From Candidatus Micrarchaeota archaeon (GTDB lineage: Archaea > Micrarchaeota > Micrarchaeia > Micrarchaeales > CABMGC01), in contig JAJZLJ010000023.1 of NCBI GenBank assembly GCA_021850625.1, positions 10,219 to 74,218 on the forward strand: a stretch of DNA of 64,000 bases. The letters are read 5' to 3'. This document shows, piece by piece, positions 62,311-64,000 of the stretch. The notes below the pieces were generated by a model. It was not told where the DNA came from and ran no database searches. It saw only the letters and a program-made list of their open reading frames with translations. A program made the position numbers and the translations under genes. The first letter of the stretch is position 1, and every line of letters starts with the position of its first letter.

Positions 62311-64000
62311 TTTTCTACCTTATAATCTGCATTTACTGTATCTCCTGAAGTAGGACCTTGTTGATTGTCATCATCTCCTTTGTTTTCTGGATTGGCGCTT
62401 TGTCCAGAATCCTTGTACAAACTTTCTCCAATCTTTTTCAAGACCTCTTCAAGCGCTTCAGATTTACTCTTTATGTTATCTAAATCCTCTTTTTTCAAAG
62501 CATCCTTAAGGGCAGAATTGGCTTTATCTACCTCTTCATATACCTCTTTAGGTATTTTGTCTTTATATTCTTTTAATGTTTTATCTGTATTGTAGGTAAG
62601 CGACTCTGCAGTGTTTTTAGCCTCAACCTTTTCAAAGATTTCTTTATCTTGTTCGGCAAATTGCTCTGCTTCTTTTATCTTCTTTTCTATCTCATCTCTG
62701 CTCATCTTATTCTTTGCCATTACTTGCATTCTCTGTTCCTTTCCAGTTGCTTTATCCTTTGCAGTGACATGTATTATTCCATTTGCATCTATATCGAAGG
62801 TTACCTCTATCTGCGGCATTCCTCTTGGCGCAGGCGCTATTCCAGTAAGTTGAAATCTTCCAAGCTCTACATTATCCTTCGCCATCTTTCGCTCCCCTTG
62901 CAATATATGTATGTCTACTGTAGTTTGATTGTCATCTGCAGTTGTGAAGGTCTGTGACTTCTTTATTGGTATGGTAGTATTTCTTTCTATAAGTGTTGTA
63001 GTAACTCCTCCGTAGGTCTCAAGACCTAACGATAACGGTGTTACATCTAAAAGGACAATATCCTTTACCTCTCCAGTAAGAACTCCTGCCTGTACGGCTG
63101 CTCCAAAAGCAACTGCCTCCATAGGATCAACTCCTCTTTCTATTTTTTTACCAAGAAGTTGTTCTACATATCTTTGCACTATTGGCATTCTAGTAGGACC
63201 TCCTACTAATATAACCTTTTCAATATCTTTAGGGTCTAACTTGGCATCTTTCAAAGCTTGCATAACTGGTTTAGTGGTCTTTTCAACAATCGGAAGAACT
63301 ATCTCCTCAAGCTTTGCCCTTGTCATTGTATATGTGAAATGTATCGGTGCATTTCCAGGACCCATAGTGAGGAAAGGAAGATTTATCTCACTATTAAGTG
63401 TTGTTGATAACTCTATTTTTGCTTTTTCTGCAGCTTCTTTGACTCTTTGCATCGCTTGGCTATCCTTAGTTATATCTACTCCCTTTTTCATAACCTCATC
63501 GGTAAGAAATTTAGTAATTGCATTATCCATATCGGTTCCTCCAAGCTGTGTATCTCCGCTAGTTGATTTTACCTCAAAGACACCCTTTCCAAACTCCATT
63601 ATCGTAACATCTAAGGTTCCTCCACCAAAGTCATAAACCAATATCTTCATGTCTTTTCCAGTTTTATCTACTCCATAAGCTAATGCTGCTGCTGTAGGTT
63701 CATTTACCAGTCTTACAACTTCCAATCCAGCTATCTCGCCAGCATCTTTGGTTGCCTGTCTTTGATTGTCATCGAAGTATGCAGGAACTGTTATAACTGC
63801 CTTTTTGACCTCCTCTCCCAAAAAAGCTTCAGCGTCTGTCTTTATTTTTTGTAATATCATAGCAGAAAGCTCTTGAGGTGTGTACTCCTTTCCAAATACT
63901 TTGTACTTGAAGTTGGTACCCATCTTTCTTTTAAAAGCATTTAATGTGCCATCTGGATTTGCGACAGCCTGCCTTTTTGCTGGTTCACCCATAAGCCGTT
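62307..64000 (-). CDS. dnaK: Chaperone DnaK (5' end outside window)
   Basis: [31 protein letters not shown]. Confidence 0.97.
   Translation of the reverse strand, partial: RLMGEPAKRQAVANPDGTLNAFKRKMGTNFKYKVFGKEYTPQELSAMILQKIKTDAEAFLGEEVKKAVITVPAYFDDNQRQATKDAGEIAGLEVVRLVNEPTAAALAYGVDKTGKDMKILVYDFGGGTLDVTIMEFGKGVFEVKSTSGDTQLGGTDMDNAITKFLTDEVMKKGVDITKDSQAMQRVKEAAEKAKIELSTTLNSEINLPFLTMGPGNAPIHFTYTMTRAKLEEIVLPIVEKTTKPVMQALKDAKLDPKDIEKVILVGGPTRMPIVQRYVEQLLGKKIERGVDPMEAVAFGAAVQAGVLTGEVKDIVLLDVTPLSLGLETYGGVTTTLIERNTTIPIKKSQTFTTADDNQTTVDIHILQGERKMAKDNVELGRFQLTGIAPAPRGMPQIEVTFDIDANGIIHVTAKDKATGKEQRMQVMAKNKMSRDEIEKKIKEAEQFAEQDKEIFEKVEAKNTAESLTYNTDKTLKEYKDKIPKEVYEEVDKANSALKDALKKEDLDNIKSKSEALEEVLKKIGESLYKDSGQSANPENKGDDDNQQGPTSGDTVNADYKVEK

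Overview
Low-GC archaeal chromosome segment, most consistent with a DPANN archaeon, probably Micrarchaeota. This is inferred from PolD, the exosome and a histone together with DnaK/DnaJ, 'Q-x-A/S-x-E-x-L-x-T-Y-x-W' pilin-type leaders and a T-loop tRNA intron. The left end (1-4433) is the tail of a probable tRNA-Glu-integrated defence island: a Zn-ribbon PD-(D/E)xK nuclease, a Type IIG R-M fusion and a 3' tRNA-Glu att-like fragment. The rest is mostly housekeeping: cdc6, the proteasome/exosome superoperon, hisS, aglB, thermosome, adk-L34e-cmk-L14e, PolD, secY/secE, pyk and dnaJ/dnaK, interspersed with surface proteins. The most unusual items are (1) a stand-alone single-repeat (half) TATA-binding protein; (2) at least two genes whose conserved N-termini require a non-ATG/GTG/TTG start, most likely ATA; (3) an internally deleted TnpB-type IS200/IS605 element plus several orphan end copies; (4) tRNA-Arg with an intron at 59/60; (5) a pilin-leader/Ser-repeat/TIGR03790-like surface protein and a GYNYAPVY-repeat protein; and (6) a divergent histone in an operon with a PRC-barrel gene. 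All assignments come from motif recognition by eye; no searches were run.
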